Shown here in pieces: positions 54,379-64,000 of a stretch of DNA of 64,000 nucleotides. Source of the stretch: an uncultured Faecalibacterium sp. (GTDB taxonomy: Bacteria; Bacillota; Clostridia; Christensenellales; CAG-917); contig CAZBVO010000008.1 of assembly GCA_964495385.1 (NCBI GenBank), forward strand, positions 62 through 64,061. Direction: 5' to 3'. Position 1 is the first letter of the stretch. Each line of letters begins with the position of its first letter. The position numbers were made by a program, and so were the translations under genes. Below the pieces are notes generated by a model. It was not told the origin of the DNA, searched no databases, and was given only the letters and a program-made list of their open reading frames with translations.

Positions 54379-55253
54379 AACGATTTTGTCAACTCCTTTA
54401 AATATGCGGCAAATTCCTTGCCGATTGTTTCGTGTCTAAGGGCGAACTCAACGTTCGCTTTCATGTATCCCAACTTGTCGCCCGTGTCGTAGCGCACTAC
54501 GTTCAGCGGACAGGCAAATATCCCTTCCGACCTGGCCTGAAGGCCGAAAGCATCGGTTATGTTCAACTCCCCTACGGCCGAGCGAGGCGTCCGTTTAAGA
54601 TAGTCGAAAAAGTTTGCATCGCAAACGTAACGTCCCAATGCGGCAACGTCGGAAGGCGCGGCGGCGGCATCGGGTTTTTCGATGACGTCGATCACCTCGT
54701 CGGGCTTACCGAACTCGGCATTGGTTTTTAGACTGCAATATTTTGAAATTTCGGATTTTTCCACCTGCATAACGCCGACGGTTGTTTTTCCGTTTTTTTC
54801 AAATGCGTCCGCAACTTGCCCTATGGCGGAATGCCCCGACAGCGAAAAATACAAGTCGTCGCCGTTCAAAACGGCAAACGGCTCACCACGCACATATTCC
54901 TCGGCAAGCAAAACCGCCGCACCGCTACCCTCTGCCGAAGGCTGTTCGATAACCGTGACTTTGGCTTTACTCGAAACGTCCGAAATCTGTTTTTTAAGGT
55001 CGAGTTTCCCAGCCCTCTCCAAAAAGTCTTCCAACTCGGCGTCCTTTTTGAAATGCTCTAAAATGCCGGGCTTGTCTTTTCTGCCGACAATCAAAATGTC
55101 CGTTATGCCGGCATCGACGCATTCCTCGACTATGTATTGCAAAACGGGCTTATCGACGACGGCAATCATTTCTTTTGCCGCCGACTTGGTGTAAGGCAAA
55201 AAGCGAGTGCCTCTGCCTCCGGCCAAAATAACCGCTTTTTTAATCATTTCCAT
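54375..55253 (-). CDS. galU: UTP-glucose-1-phosphate uridylyltransferase (divergent)
   Basis: KAVILAGGRGTRFLP.TK...KEM, VDKP, FAVLNGDD, IEKP, RYDTGDKLGY. Confidence 0.88.
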   Translation of the reverse strand: MEMIKKAVILAGGRGTRFLPYTKSAAKEMIAVVDKPVLQYIVEECVDAGITDILIVGRKDKPGILEHFKKDAELEDFLERAGKLDLKKQISDVSSKAKVTVIEQPSAEGSGAAVLLAEEYVRGEPFAVLNGDDLYFSLSGHSAIGQVADAFEKNGKTTVGVMQVEKSEISKYCSLKTNAEFGKPDEVIDVIEKPDAAAAPSDVAALGRYVCDANFFDYLKRTPRSAVGELNITDAFGLQARSEGIFACPLNVVRYDTGDKLGYMKANVEFALRHETIGKEFAAYLKELTKSL

Positions 55254-55266
55254 TCCCCCGAAAACG

Positions 55267-55503
55267 TTAAATCAACAACGTGTACTTGCCTTTGGTGATA
55301 AGGGTAACGACGTCGCAAATCCAGCCGATGCCCAAATATCCGCAGGTAGGAAGCCACAAAACGGCAAGCACGAGTTTTTTCGTATTTTTCTTGTCGGCGG
55401 CAATGAGAATGCGATAAACCGCACCGACTACGATATCGAAAAACACGGTGAGAATCAGCCTGAGAGCAAACGGCAATTTGTCATATTTTTTTGCAAGCTT
55501 CAT
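55267..55503 (-). CDS. Small membrane protein with TM2-like motif
   Basis: AGGAG RBS; LPTCGYLGIGWICDVVTLI resembles the TM2-domain signature. Confidence 0.65.
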   Translation of the reverse strand: MKLAKKYDKLPFALRLILTVFFDIVVGAVYRILIAADKKNTKKLVLAVLWLPTCGYLGIGWICDVVTLITKGKYTLLI

Positions 55504-55537
55504 AATCTGTCTCCTTTTTGGGGATTCCCCGAATTTT

Positions 55538-56707
55538 TTATTTTCCGCTAAAATCGACTATAAGGTTTTTCCCCATAACTTTTGATTGATACATGGCTTT
55601 ATCCGCCGTGTTCACCGCCTCGTCCAAATCGGCCGAATCGGATATATTTTGACAATTTAAACCTATGCTGACCGACACCTTAAAATCCGCTCCGCCCGGA
55701 ATTTTCATATTGTTTATGTCGTTTCTGAGGGCGTTAAGTTCTTCCAAAATTTTGTCTCTGTCGTCCGAGCGGTACAAAATCAAAAACTCGTCGCCGCCGT
55801 AACGTACGCAAGTTTTGCTGATTTTAAGTTCGTATGCCAACAGCACTTTTGACAGCTCTTCCAAAACGACGTCGCCGTACAAATGGCCGTACACGTCGTT
55901 GGCACGTTTGTAGTCGTCGATATCCATCATGACAATCGCACCGATTTTGAAATTGCGCTCCCCCGTTTCCAGTGCCGATTCGGCGTCGAGCGATGCTTTT
56001 ACCGTGTCCAAAAACCAGCGGTTTTTCAGCCCGGTAAGCGGATCGACTGCGGCTTTGCGACTGTATTCGTTTTTTTCGCGCTCGAGTTCGCGTCTGTTCA
56101 AAAATTGCTGAATGTCAACAATCGAACGCGAAAAATGCAAGCCTATGGAAACCACGTAGCACCCTATCAGGTTCAAATAGCTTTGGAAGTCGAAAATCTT
56201 TTCCTCCAAAATCAACGCCGTGGCCGCCAACACAACAGCATATGCGGCCATCGCAAGCAAGTATACAACCGTGTGCAAATAAAGCGCCATGCTTACTATG
56301 ACAATCGAGAAGTACATTATCAAAACGTTCAATTCGCGATAATTTGCCATATCCAGCGAACTGATTACGGCGGCAGTCGCAAGCAACACTACGGCATAGA
56401 TACTGCTGAAAACGTACACCTTTTTGGAGTTGTTGTGAACGTCTCTTAGAGTGCGGTTTGTGTAAAACATGTAGTAAATGCCGTACAGCGACATCAAAAT
56501 GACCAAGATGTACAGCGACAGATAAACCGCCTTATATTTTAAGTTGTCCAGCGAAACGGTGTAAAACAGCATAATGACCTCAAAGCAAGCCACCATAACA
56601 ACAACTGCTCTCGTATAAACGGCGTTAAGGCTGATTGCTTCGGCCATGTAATCGTCGGTGCGATGCACCTTCACAAGTTTTTTAAAGAAGTCCAACATAA
56701 ACGTCAA
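55538..56707 (-). CDS. Membrane-bound diguanylate cyclase
   Basis: ~6 TMs, DPLTGLKNR, DIDDYKRAND.YGH..GD, RYGGDEF, ADKAMY..K..GKN. Confidence 0.93.
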   Translation of the reverse strand: MTFMLDFFKKLVKVHRTDDYMAEAISLNAVYTRAVVVMVACFEVIMLFYTVSLDNLKYKAVYLSLYILVILMSLYGIYYMFYTNRTLRDVHNNSKKVYVFSSIYAVVLLATAAVISSLDMANYRELNVLIMYFSIVIVSMALYLHTVVYLLAMAAYAVVLAATALILEEKIFDFQSYLNLIGCYVVSIGLHFSRSIVDIQQFLNRRELEREKNEYSRKAAVDPLTGLKNRWFLDTVKASLDAESALETGERNFKIGAIVMMDIDDYKRANDVYGHLYGDVVLEELSKVLLAYELKISKTCVRYGGDEFLILYRSDDRDKILEELNALRNDINNMKIPGGADFKVSVSIGLNCQNISDSADLDEAVNTADKAMYQSKVMGKNLIVDFSGK

Positions 56708-57423
56708 TCCTTAATAAGTTCATCAACCGCTTCGGCCGCAATAAGCAGCCCGGCCACCGACGGAACGTACGGAAGGCTTCCCACAATGCCCCGTCTGTTT
56801 GCATTTTCCGCCATTACATCATCGTTTTTGACAGGTTTAACCGCCTGTTCGGTTGAATACAGCACTTTTACGTCGCTTATGCCCCTTGCTTTAAGCTCCT
56901 TTCGCATAACCCGAGCCAGCGGACATACGGTTGTTTTTGAAACGTCGGCTATTTTGAAAAGGTCGGGGCGAGTTTTGTTTCCCGTGCCCATCGACGAAAT
57001 AACTTTTGCTCCGGCGTTTTTGGCATTTTCGATTATTGCAAGCTTTGCCGTAACCGTGTCAACGGCGTCCACAACCAAATCGTAGTTTGAAAAATCAAAA
57101 TCCGAAACGTTGTCGCGGCCCACAAACACTTGCCTTGCAACAACTTCGCATTCAGGATTTATGTCCGAAATTCTCTCCTTCCACAGTTCGGTTTTCGGCC
57201 GACCGACGGTTGAGGTCAGCGCAATTATTTGGCGGTTTATGTTGGATTCGGCAACTACGTCGTTGTCCACCACGGTGATTTTCCCGACGCCGGCCCGTGC
57301 CAAAGCCTCGGTAACGTATCCTCCGACACCGCCAAGCCCGAACACGGCCACACTGCTTCGTTTAAGTTTTTCCACCGCTTCTTCGCCCAATATTAGCGCG
57401 GTGCGTGAAAATCTGTCCGCCAT
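56704..57423 (-). CDS. tcdA: tRNA threonylcarbamoyladenosine dehydratase (ThiF family)
   Basis: VFGLGGVG, SNINRQ, VDAVDT, SSMGTGNK, CPLARVMRKELK, YSTE. Confidence 0.92.
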   Translation of the reverse strand: MADRFSRTALILGEEAVEKLKRSSVAVFGLGGVGGYVTEALARAGVGKITVVDNDVVAESNINRQIIALTSTVGRPKTELWKERISDINPECEVVARQVFVGRDNVSDFDFSNYDLVVDAVDTVTAKLAIIENAKNAGAKVISSMGTGNKTRPDLFKIADVSKTTVCPLARVMRKELKARGISDVKVLYSTEQAVKPVKNDDVMAENANRRGIVGSLPYVPSVAGLLIAAEAVDELIKD

Positions 57424-57524
57424 AAATCCTCGTTAAATTTATATATACAATAATTATAAAGCATATTGCACCGATTTTCAACTGTTTTGAAACAAATACG
57501 GCAAAATGCGGCGGCGTAAAACAA

Positions 57525-57546
57525 AAAAAGCAGGCATAGCCTGCTT
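57525..57546 (-). terminator. Intrinsic terminator
   Basis: AAAGCAGGC-TAT-GCCTGCTTTTTT on minus strand. Confidence 0.8.
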
Positions 57547-57552
57547 TAAAAT

Positions 57553-58077
57553 CTAAGGTTCTATAAATATCGGAAGCGGCGGCGCATAAAAGGTCAGCAC
57601 GCAAAATCCGGCAACGAACATCGCCAACACGACAATCGAGCCTATTCTGCACGCCTTGACGCAATGAGCTCGCCTGTAAACGTGCGCCGCAACCAACTGC
57701 CCGAAGGCCACGGCCAGCGCCATAAGCACCAAATCAACCCACATAACGTCTACGGCGATGCCGAATCCGGAATGCAACAAATAGTATCCCGACATAACCG
57801 CCAAAAGCTGAACCGACACGCTTATAAGGCACGCCGCGGCAAAGTCGTTTTTCTTAAAATCGCCCTCGGCCGCCAAAATGAACATCCCTACGATATAAGC
57901 CGTCACCGTCGGAAACAAAAGCAGTTTCAAATGCTCCCAAACGCTTTCGTTTACCGGAGAAAACAGCGCCACGAAATTGCACGGAATCCACTCATACAAA
58001 AAGTGCTGCAACGTTGCCGCCAAAAGCACCGCTGCGATTGTAAACATAAAAAATTTTTCGGTTTTAGTCGTCTTCAT
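57553..58077 (-). CDS. DUF6512-like membrane protein
   Basis: HFLYEW, PVNESVWEHLKL, TFYAPP.PIF. Confidence 0.8.
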   Translation of the reverse strand: MKTTKTEKFFMFTIAAVLLAATLQHFLYEWIPCNFVALFSPVNESVWEHLKLLLFPTVTAYIVGMFILAAEGDFKKNDFAAACLISVSVQLLAVMSGYYLLHSGFGIAVDVMWVDLVLMALAVAFGQLVAAHVYRRAHCVKACRIGSIVVLAMFVAGFCVLTFYAPPLPIFIEP

Positions 58078-58112
58078 ACCCTTAGGATAAGAAGTTTTCG
58101 GTTTTTTATACG

Positions 58113-59405
58113 CTAAACCAGCAAAGCCAGAACACCGAGCGTAACAACAAGCGACAACACGGACGTCAAAGAATTATATTTCAAAAAATCCGCAAAAGAC
58201 ATTTTTACGCCGTTCTTTTTGAGGATGCTCTGCCACATGATCCCCGCAAGTGCGCCTATAGGGGTAAGCGTTGCGCCGAGATTGCTCCCCACCACCGTCG
58301 CATACACGGCTCCGAGGCCTCCGCCCGATTTGAGCACCGCCGAATACAGCACGCTCATCGGAATGTTGTTTATTACGTTAGATGCCAAATAGCTTGTTAT
58401 CCCGTATGTAAAAACCTCTCCGCGCCCCTCCAAAAGTTCGGCGATTTTTGCGGTAACTCCGCACTTTTCAAGCGACAGCACAACCGCAAACATCGACAAA
58501 ACAAACGGCACGATTTCAAGCGGAACCCTTTTTAAAGTGGCCAGCTCGATTGAAAAATATCGGTGCTTCATCAATGCGTACGCAGTGGCGAAAATAAACA
58601 GGCTTATCGCAAAACAAAGTGTTAAAATCCACATTTCGATGTCTATATATGCCGATATTGCCAAAAGCACTATGCATATCGACAAGTGTGCGATGCCGGT
58701 TATAAGCATACCTTTGCTTTTTATTTCGGTGGTTTCGATTTCGGCATCCATCGGTTTTTTGAGCGGTTTTGCAAATATGATCAAAAGCATTCCGTACTCG
58801 ACGACACCGCAAACAAGCGTCGGCAAAATCATAACTTTAAGGTACTGCACAAAGGTCAATCCTGCCGCCGAACCTAAATAAATGTTTGTAGGGTTTCCGA
58901 TAATAAGGGCCATGCTGAAACTGTTGGCGGCAACGAATTCCGCAACCAAATACGGCACGGCGGATATTTTGGCACGCTTGCAAAAATGGCATATAAACGG
59001 CGTAAAAGTCAAAACAACCACGTCGTTGCTGGTGAACACGGTCAGCAATCCGACGGCCGCAAAAAGCATTGTAAACAGCTTAAGCTGACTGCTTTTCCCA
59101 CGTTTCAACGCTTCGTTTGCAAGCCAGGCGAAAAACCCGACCTCGTCCAAAAAAACGGACATCACCGTCATCGACAGAAACAGCACCAAAATTTTTATGG
59201 GGTTCATCGAACCGTCGGCGGTAAGGCCGGCCGCCAATTCCGAAAAGCTAAGTCTTCCCGTCAAAAGCAGTGCCGCCGCCCCCAAAAGTGCGGCAATCGG
59301 ATAGGTCGACAACGTCAGTTTTTTGATTTTTATCTGAGGCAAAAACAAGCAGCCTGCAATAAGCAAGCCGCTTGTCGCCAACGTAATTATTACGGTAAGA
59401 GTCAT
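58113..59405 (-). CDS. ArsB/NhaD (IT superfamily) transporter
   Basis: FTSNDVVVLTFTP, IIGNPTNI, INNIPMS, GSNLGATLTPIGALAG..W. Confidence 0.88.
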   Translation of the reverse strand: MTLTVIITLATSGLLIAGCLFLPQIKIKKLTLSTYPIAALLGAAALLLTGRLSFSELAAGLTADGSMNPIKILVLFLSMTVMSVFLDEVGFFAWLANEALKRGKSSQLKLFTMLFAAVGLLTVFTSNDVVVLTFTPFICHFCKRAKISAVPYLVAEFVAANSFSMALIIGNPTNIYLGSAAGLTFVQYLKVMILPTLVCGVVEYGMLLIIFAKPLKKPMDAEIETTEIKSKGMLITGIAHLSICIVLLAISAYIDIEMWILTLCFAISLFIFATAYALMKHRYFSIELATLKRVPLEIVPFVLSMFAVVLSLEKCGVTAKIAELLEGRGEVFTYGITSYLASNVINNIPMSVLYSAVLKSGGGLGAVYATVVGSNLGATLTPIGALAGIMWQSILKKNGVKMSFADFLKYNSLTSVLSLVVTLGVLALLV

Positions 59406-59418
59406 ATATAAAATTTGT

Positions 59419-60255
59419 TTACCATTCTTTTTTCGGTTGTTTTTCGATTGCCGACGTCATATCGTCCAACCAATTTCCGTCGTAAAGCTCTATCAAGCCG
59501 CGGTCGCAACCGGCCGCAAGACGGGCATCGAACGGAATTTTGGCAACGTTTTCGATGTTGTACTCTGCGGCAATTTCGTCAACACGGCTTTTGCCGAACA
59601 ACTCGTGCTTTTTACCGCAATCCGGGCAGACGAAATAGCTCATATTTTCAACTATGCCGATCACCGGAACGTTCATCATATTTGCCATTTTCACGGCTTT
59701 TTCGACTATCATTCCCACCAATTCCTGCGGACTGGTAACGATGATTATTCCGTCCAACGGCAAGCTTTGAAAAACCGTCAGCGGAACGTCGCCCGTTCCA
59801 GGAGGCATATCAACGTACATAAAGTCGACGTCGCCCCAAACCACGTCCGTCCAAAACTGTTTGACCGCACCGGCAATCACCGGACCGCGCCAAACGACGG
59901 GATCGTTGTCGTTTTCAAGCAACAAATTTAAGGACATAACCTGCACTCCCGTCCCCGACAGCACCGGATAAAGGCCCACGTCGTCCGAAACGGCCTTGCG
60001 CCTTATTCCGAACATTTTAGGGATGGACGGGCCCGTTACGTCGCCGTCCAAAATTGCGGCGTTGAAGCCTCTTTTTTGACTGTTAACGGCCAAAAGTGAG
60101 GTTACAAGCGATTTTCCAACCCCTCCTTTGCCGCTGACTATGCCGATAACTTTTTTGATTTTCGACAGTTCGTGCGGCTTGTCCAACAAGCTTTTCGGAT
60201 CGCGCGACTTACAATTTTGACTGCAAGAAGAACAATCGTGCGTGCATTCACTCAT
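59419..60255 (-). CDS. Mrp/ApbC/NBP35 Fe-S carrier ATPase
   Basis: N-terminal CxxxCxxCxxxC, SGKGGVGKS, VVWRGP, DMPPGTGD, ENMS..CPDC. Confidence 0.95.
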   Translation of the reverse strand: MSECTHDCSSCSQNCKSRDPKSLLDKPHELSKIKKVIGIVSGKGGVGKSLVTSLLAVNSQKRGFNAAILDGDVTGPSIPKMFGIRRKAVSDDVGLYPVLSGTGVQVMSLNLLLENDNDPVVWRGPVIAGAVKQFWTDVVWGDVDFMYVDMPPGTGDVPLTVFQSLPLDGIIIVTSPQELVGMIVEKAVKMANMMNVPVIGIVENMSYFVCPDCGKKHELFGKSRVDEIAAEYNIENVAKIPFDARLAAGCDRGLIELYDGNWLDDMTSAIEKQPKKEW

Positions 60256-60265
60256 ACTTATCTCC

Positions 60266-62290
60266 TTAAACGGCGACAGCGGCGATTTGTTCGTTCTGTT
60301 GCTCGTTTTGTTGTTTTATTTTTTTGGTATCCTTATACAGTCTGTTCATATAGTTGACAAGATATGCAAAGCCCACAAGCGGATTGGTCAAATACACAAA
60401 CAGAAGCGGCGACGAAATGTAGCGAAGTTCGGTTATGTTGTAACTTTTTGCGATTTTTTCGATTTTGACCGACGCCCTAAACGCCCAATAAACGTGGTAG
60501 ATAGGGATAAACGTCGACAGGAATCGAAGCACTATGTCGCAATCGTCGTTGCGCTCGTAAGCAAGCCACTTTATCATGTTGTAAATGTAAATCCAACCGT
60601 ACACACCCAGCGTCAACATCGAAAACAGCACGACTCGGGATGCGCTTTCCGACAGCATTTTGTCGTCGATGGTGCGTTTTTCCTGCGGTTTTTCGTAAAT
60701 AAACTGATAGTCCTCGGTAAGCTGTTTTGCGCTTCTCTCCTCGTCCTCGAGCTTCTTTTTGAGTTCGTCGTTGAAGTCGTCGTAAGCGGACAGCATCGGT
60801 TCGACGTGAAGTCCGGACATCCTTTGGAAGTAGTTTTTGATGATGCGAACGGTCAACCCCGACAAGCCTATAAGGCAAATGAGGTTAGGGATGCACATTA
60901 CAAAGTTGAATATGTCGGCAACCTGAAAAGCCAAGGTCGAAGTGATGACGCTTCCCAGCATTATTATCGCAACGTAAACTACTTTGAACACCACAACGGA
61001 TTTTTTGCCGAACATGTACTGCACGGATTCCTCGCCGTAATAGCTCCAACTGAGAATGGTGGTGAAAGCAAACAGCGGCAAAATGATGCTGTACGAAACT
61101 TTGCCCACGGCTCCGAGAGCCTGACTGAAAGCCGTTTGAGCCAAAACCGCTCCGTCGGTTACAGAGGACGAGCCCATGTAAACGCCGTCCAAAACGCCCG
61201 TGGTGAGGTTTACAAGTGCCGTCAGCGTGCAAATAACCATGGTTACGATAAACACCTCGACGATGCCCCACATGCCCTGTTTGACCGGTTCGGTGGTGTC
61301 GGATGCGCTGTGCGCTATAACGCTGCTTCCGAGGCCCGCTTCGTTGCTGAACACGCCTTTCGAGAAGCCTTGACGCATACTTACGGCTATGCCGTAGCCT
61401 GCCAAACCGCCGGCGCCCGCTTTGAAGTTGAACGCGCATTTGAATATAAGCGCAAACGCTTGCGGAACGGCCTTAACGTTCATAAAAATTATGACCAGCG
61501 TCATCAACACAAAGTAAATCGCCATAAACGGCACTATGTAGCTTGCAACCTTGCCTATGCGGCTTATTCCGCCCAAAATAACAAGGCCTATAACAAGTGC
61601 AACCACAAGTCCCGTCACCCACTGAGGAATGTTGAAGCCCTCCTTCATGGTCGAAGCGATGGTGGACGACTGAACCATATTCATGCTTATGGCGGCAAGT
61701 ATACATCCTACGCAAAAAACCACTGCAAGCCATTTGCATTTAAGTCCGTTTCTGATATAGAACATCGGTCCGCCGTGAACGCCTTTGCCGTCATCGGTTT
61801 TTTTGCGGAAGTAAACGCCCAAAGTTTTTTCGGCGAAGCTTGTCATCATGCCGAAAAATGCGCTTATCCACATCCAAAACACCGCGCCCGGGCCGCCCAG
61901 CACCATTGCCGTGGTAACGCCTACCACGTTGCCCGTGCCTATCGTTCCGGCGATTGCCGTCGAAAACGCCTCGAACGGCGAAACGGATTTCACGCCTGCC
62001 GCTTCTGCCGCGGCCTTTTTGCGATCCTGCACGTCCATACGGCTTTCCAAAGGCAATTTGTAATCCTTAAGCGATGCGCCCAAGCTTTTGAAAGTCGGGC
62101 CGAAAGTCGATTTGAAGGCAGTAGGAAATTTCGTGACCTGTTTAAAACCACCTCTAAACGTAAGCAACAATCCCGTGCCGAGCAATGCGATTATCATCGG
62201 AAGCGAAAGTGCCTTCGAATAAATCGTTTCGCACAATTTCCCGAGGTCGGAAACAAATTCGCCGAAGCCTCCGCAAATAAGCAATTCCAT
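60266..62290 (-). CDS. Alanine/glycine:cation symporter (AgcS) with extra C-terminal membrane domain
   Basis: GTIGTGNVVGV, GGPGAVFWMW, GGPMFYI, GVFSNEAGLGS, FAFTTILSWSYYGE, PNLI; ~170-aa extension. Confidence 0.92.
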   Translation of the reverse strand: MELLICGGFGEFVSDLGKLCETIYSKALSLPMIIALLGTGLLLTFRGGFKQVTKFPTAFKSTFGPTFKSLGASLKDYKLPLESRMDVQDRKKAAAEAAGVKSVSPFEAFSTAIAGTIGTGNVVGVTTAMVLGGPGAVFWMWISAFFGMMTSFAEKTLGVYFRKKTDDGKGVHGGPMFYIRNGLKCKWLAVVFCVGCILAAISMNMVQSSTIASTMKEGFNIPQWVTGLVVALVIGLVILGGISRIGKVASYIVPFMAIYFVLMTLVIIFMNVKAVPQAFALIFKCAFNFKAGAGGLAGYGIAVSMRQGFSKGVFSNEAGLGSSVIAHSASDTTEPVKQGMWGIVEVFIVTMVICTLTALVNLTTGVLDGVYMGSSSVTDGAVLAQTAFSQALGAVGKVSYSIILPLFAFTTILSWSYYGEESVQYMFGKKSVVVFKVVYVAIIMLGSVITSTLAFQVADIFNFVMCIPNLICLIGLSGLTVRIIKNYFQRMSGLHVEPMLSAYDDFNDELKKKLEDEERSAKQLTEDYQFIYEKPQEKRTIDDKMLSESASRVVLFSMLTLGVYGWIYIYNMIKWLAYERNDDCDIVLRFLSTFIPIYHVYWAFRASVKIEKIAKSYNITELRYISSPLLFVYLTNPLVGFAYLVNYMNRLYKDTKKIKQQNEQQNEQIAAVAV

Positions 62291-62398
62291 TTAAAAACAT
62301 CTCCCTGTGTCGCAACTTGCTTGCGGCACAAGCAATTATAGCAAATTAAAAAAATAAAGCAACCTTTTATTACATAAAAATTGCAAAAAAAGCACAAA

Positions 62399-62428
62399 AA
62401 AATCGCCCCGCCGATTTTGGCGAGGCGA
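62399..62428 (-). terminator. Intrinsic terminator after M28 peptidase
   Basis: TCGCCTCGCC-AAAATC-GGCGGGGCGA-TTTTTT on minus strand. Confidence 0.75.
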
Positions 62429-62441
62429 CAAATGCAAAATT

Positions 62442-63674
62442 TTATTTTGCGTCGTATTTTTCCAACGCTCTTACACTGATTGCATAGCAGTCGGCGATGC
62501 ATTCGAGGTTGAGGTTGTCGTAAGTGTCGCGACGGGTGTGATAGTAATCCTGCAGATTGTGGTTCAAAGCGGTGATGCCTGCAGCCCTGAAACCTGCCTG
62601 ATTGAATGCTGCGGAGTCGGTTGCGCCGCCGAACAGAGGAATTTGGCCTCTTCCGCACTTAATGCCCAATTCATTTGCAGAATCGACAAACAGATCGCTT
62701 GCAGCCTTGTCGGCCTTAACGGTGGAGTTGAGGTCGCGATCGTTGACCTGCAAATACTTGGATTCGTGAATCGTGTCGTAAGACATGATGATGGTTTCAA
62801 CGTCTTGGAATTCGCCTTTATGCTGTTCGCACCAAGCTTTTGCGCCTCTGAGGCCTGCTTCTTCGCTGCCGGAGAGGATAACGCCGATTTCGGTGTTTTC
62901 GAGTTCGATGCCTTCGTCTTTCATGGCTTTAAGCAAAGCGATGCCCATATAGCAACCGGTGAGGTTGTCGTTTGCGCCGTCAACGATAACTTTTTTGTCC
63001 CACATCTTGTACATACCTGCAAGGAACGGAGCAAAAACCAAGCCTACGAGGCCCAAAGTCATCCAGATGCCGCCGTCAACCGGAGCATAACCTACGGAAT
63101 TGACGATAACTCTTGCGATGCAGAGGCCCAAATAATACAATGCGCCGATAACGCTGATAACGATGTGCAAAGCATAAACTATGCCGCCGCAATGATAGTT
63201 TACAGGCCATTCCCAAGCAGCGTCAGGGTGTCCGTTGAAGAATATACGGCGTTTAACTTCGCCCGTGCAACTCTTGATGGCGGTTACGTTGTGACCGGTT
63301 TTTTCAGGGAAGAAGCAATCCACAAACTTTTTGTAGCATACAAATTGCAAGCCCATGATCACAAATCCCAATACGATGAGTGCGATACCCACGATAGGAA
63401 GGAAGAAATAACTGATGATGCCGAGGAAAACAAAGGTTACGGTGAAATAAATCCAACCGAAGAAGCTGCCCGGATTTTCCTTGTAACTTTCAACGGAAAC
63501 CTTTTCGCATCCGCAATCGTTTTTAAGGACGTCGGCCATGTATTCGCAAGCCTTCTTTTCGCCCTCGCTGCCGGGACTGCGTTTTTCGATATTTTTACAA
63601 ATATGCTCGATTTCGGCAGCCATGTAATCGGCGGCTTTTTTCTTGTCGTCAATAAGTTTTTGTAGTTTGCCCAT
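62442..63674 (-). CDS. M28-family metallopeptidase with internal TM insertions
   Basis: RSPGSEGE, GHPDA, GANDNLTG, GSEEAGLRG, GATDSAAF, YYHT..DT. Confidence 0.88.
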   Translation of the reverse strand: MGKLQKLIDDKKKAADYMAAEIEHICKNIEKRSPGSEGEKKACEYMADVLKNDCGCEKVSVESYKENPGSFFGWIYFTVTFVFLGIISYFFLPIVGIALIVLGFVIMGLQFVCYKKFVDCFFPEKTGHNVTAIKSCTGEVKRRIFFNGHPDAAWEWPVNYHCGGIVYALHIVISVIGALYYLGLCIARVIVNSVGYAPVDGGIWMTLGLVGLVFAPFLAGMYKMWDKKVIVDGANDNLTGCYMGIALLKAMKDEGIELENTEIGVILSGSEEAGLRGAKAWCEQHKGEFQDVETIIMSYDTIHESKYLQVNDRDLNSTVKADKAASDLFVDSANELGIKCGRGQIPLFGGATDSAAFNQAGFRAAGITALNHNLQDYYHTRRDTYDNLNLECIADCYAISVRALEKYDAK

Positions 63675-64000
63675 AATTCTCTCCTATTTGCTTATTTGGT
63701 CTGAGACCATAACTTAAGAATAATTGTATCACATGATGTTTGACAATTTCAAGTCATACGGAAAAATTTTTAATTTTTTTTGCCATCTTTTCCGCTCCGA
63801 GCCGCCCGTTTTTTCAAAAAATCGACACCGATGCCGTTTGTGCCTAAAAAATTAAAGCCGCCAATTCGACTCTTTTGCCTCGGCGTCCGGAACAAATCCG
63901 TTTAAAACGCTTAAAAATCGGTACAAAAAAAGGCGGATGCGCCGCCTTATTTTTTTGTCGTTTTAAACACAAAGTCCAAAAAACCGTCCAAACCTTGCGT

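Overview
A 64-kb chromosomal window from what looks like a gut Clostridia (Bacillota) genome, judged from gene content (Prp/extended L27, TIGR03960/03936, SpoIVFB, FloA). It is mostly housekeeping DNA, with no IS element, integrase, prophage or CRISPR array that I could support. In order, it holds: a type IV pilus assembly cluster (pilC-pilM-pilN-pilO-pilD-pilB); CDF transporter, mscL, a tandem pair of Zn-finger membrane paralogs, a DUF5058 pair, cyclophilin and queH; an OmpR/CiaR-like two-component system; two NYN proteins flanking nfeD-floA; ogg, rplU-prp-rpmA, rng, TIGR03960/TIGR03936 and a ROK kinase; an inverted spoIVF-like pair, minDE, mreB-like, maf, ppx, a GH3 and a YugP-like peptidase; metQNI and tRNA-Glu(CTC); a 10-gene nucleoside salvage operon with psuG but no psuK; and a D-aminoacylase-like enzyme, tcdA-GGDEF-galU-galE, mrp, an alanine/glycine symporter and an M28 peptidase. 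The strongest novel signal is missing from the ORF track. Upstream of metQ is a sigmaA promoter, a Shine-Dalgarno site and a 25-codon Met-rich leader ORF (MKQFVKANSMMMRMCMPGMHRFNIA), followed by mutually exclusive antiterminator and terminator helices. This is a candidate ribosome-mediated methionine attenuator in place of the usual S-box or T-box. The MetQ it controls is circularly permuted. Other leads: a PilN fused to about five tandem ~100-aa pilin-head-like repeats, a CiaR-like box shared by two promoters, and a minimal SpoIVFA-like peptide behind a sigmaE-like promoter. All family assignments are from motif recognition only; no searches were run.
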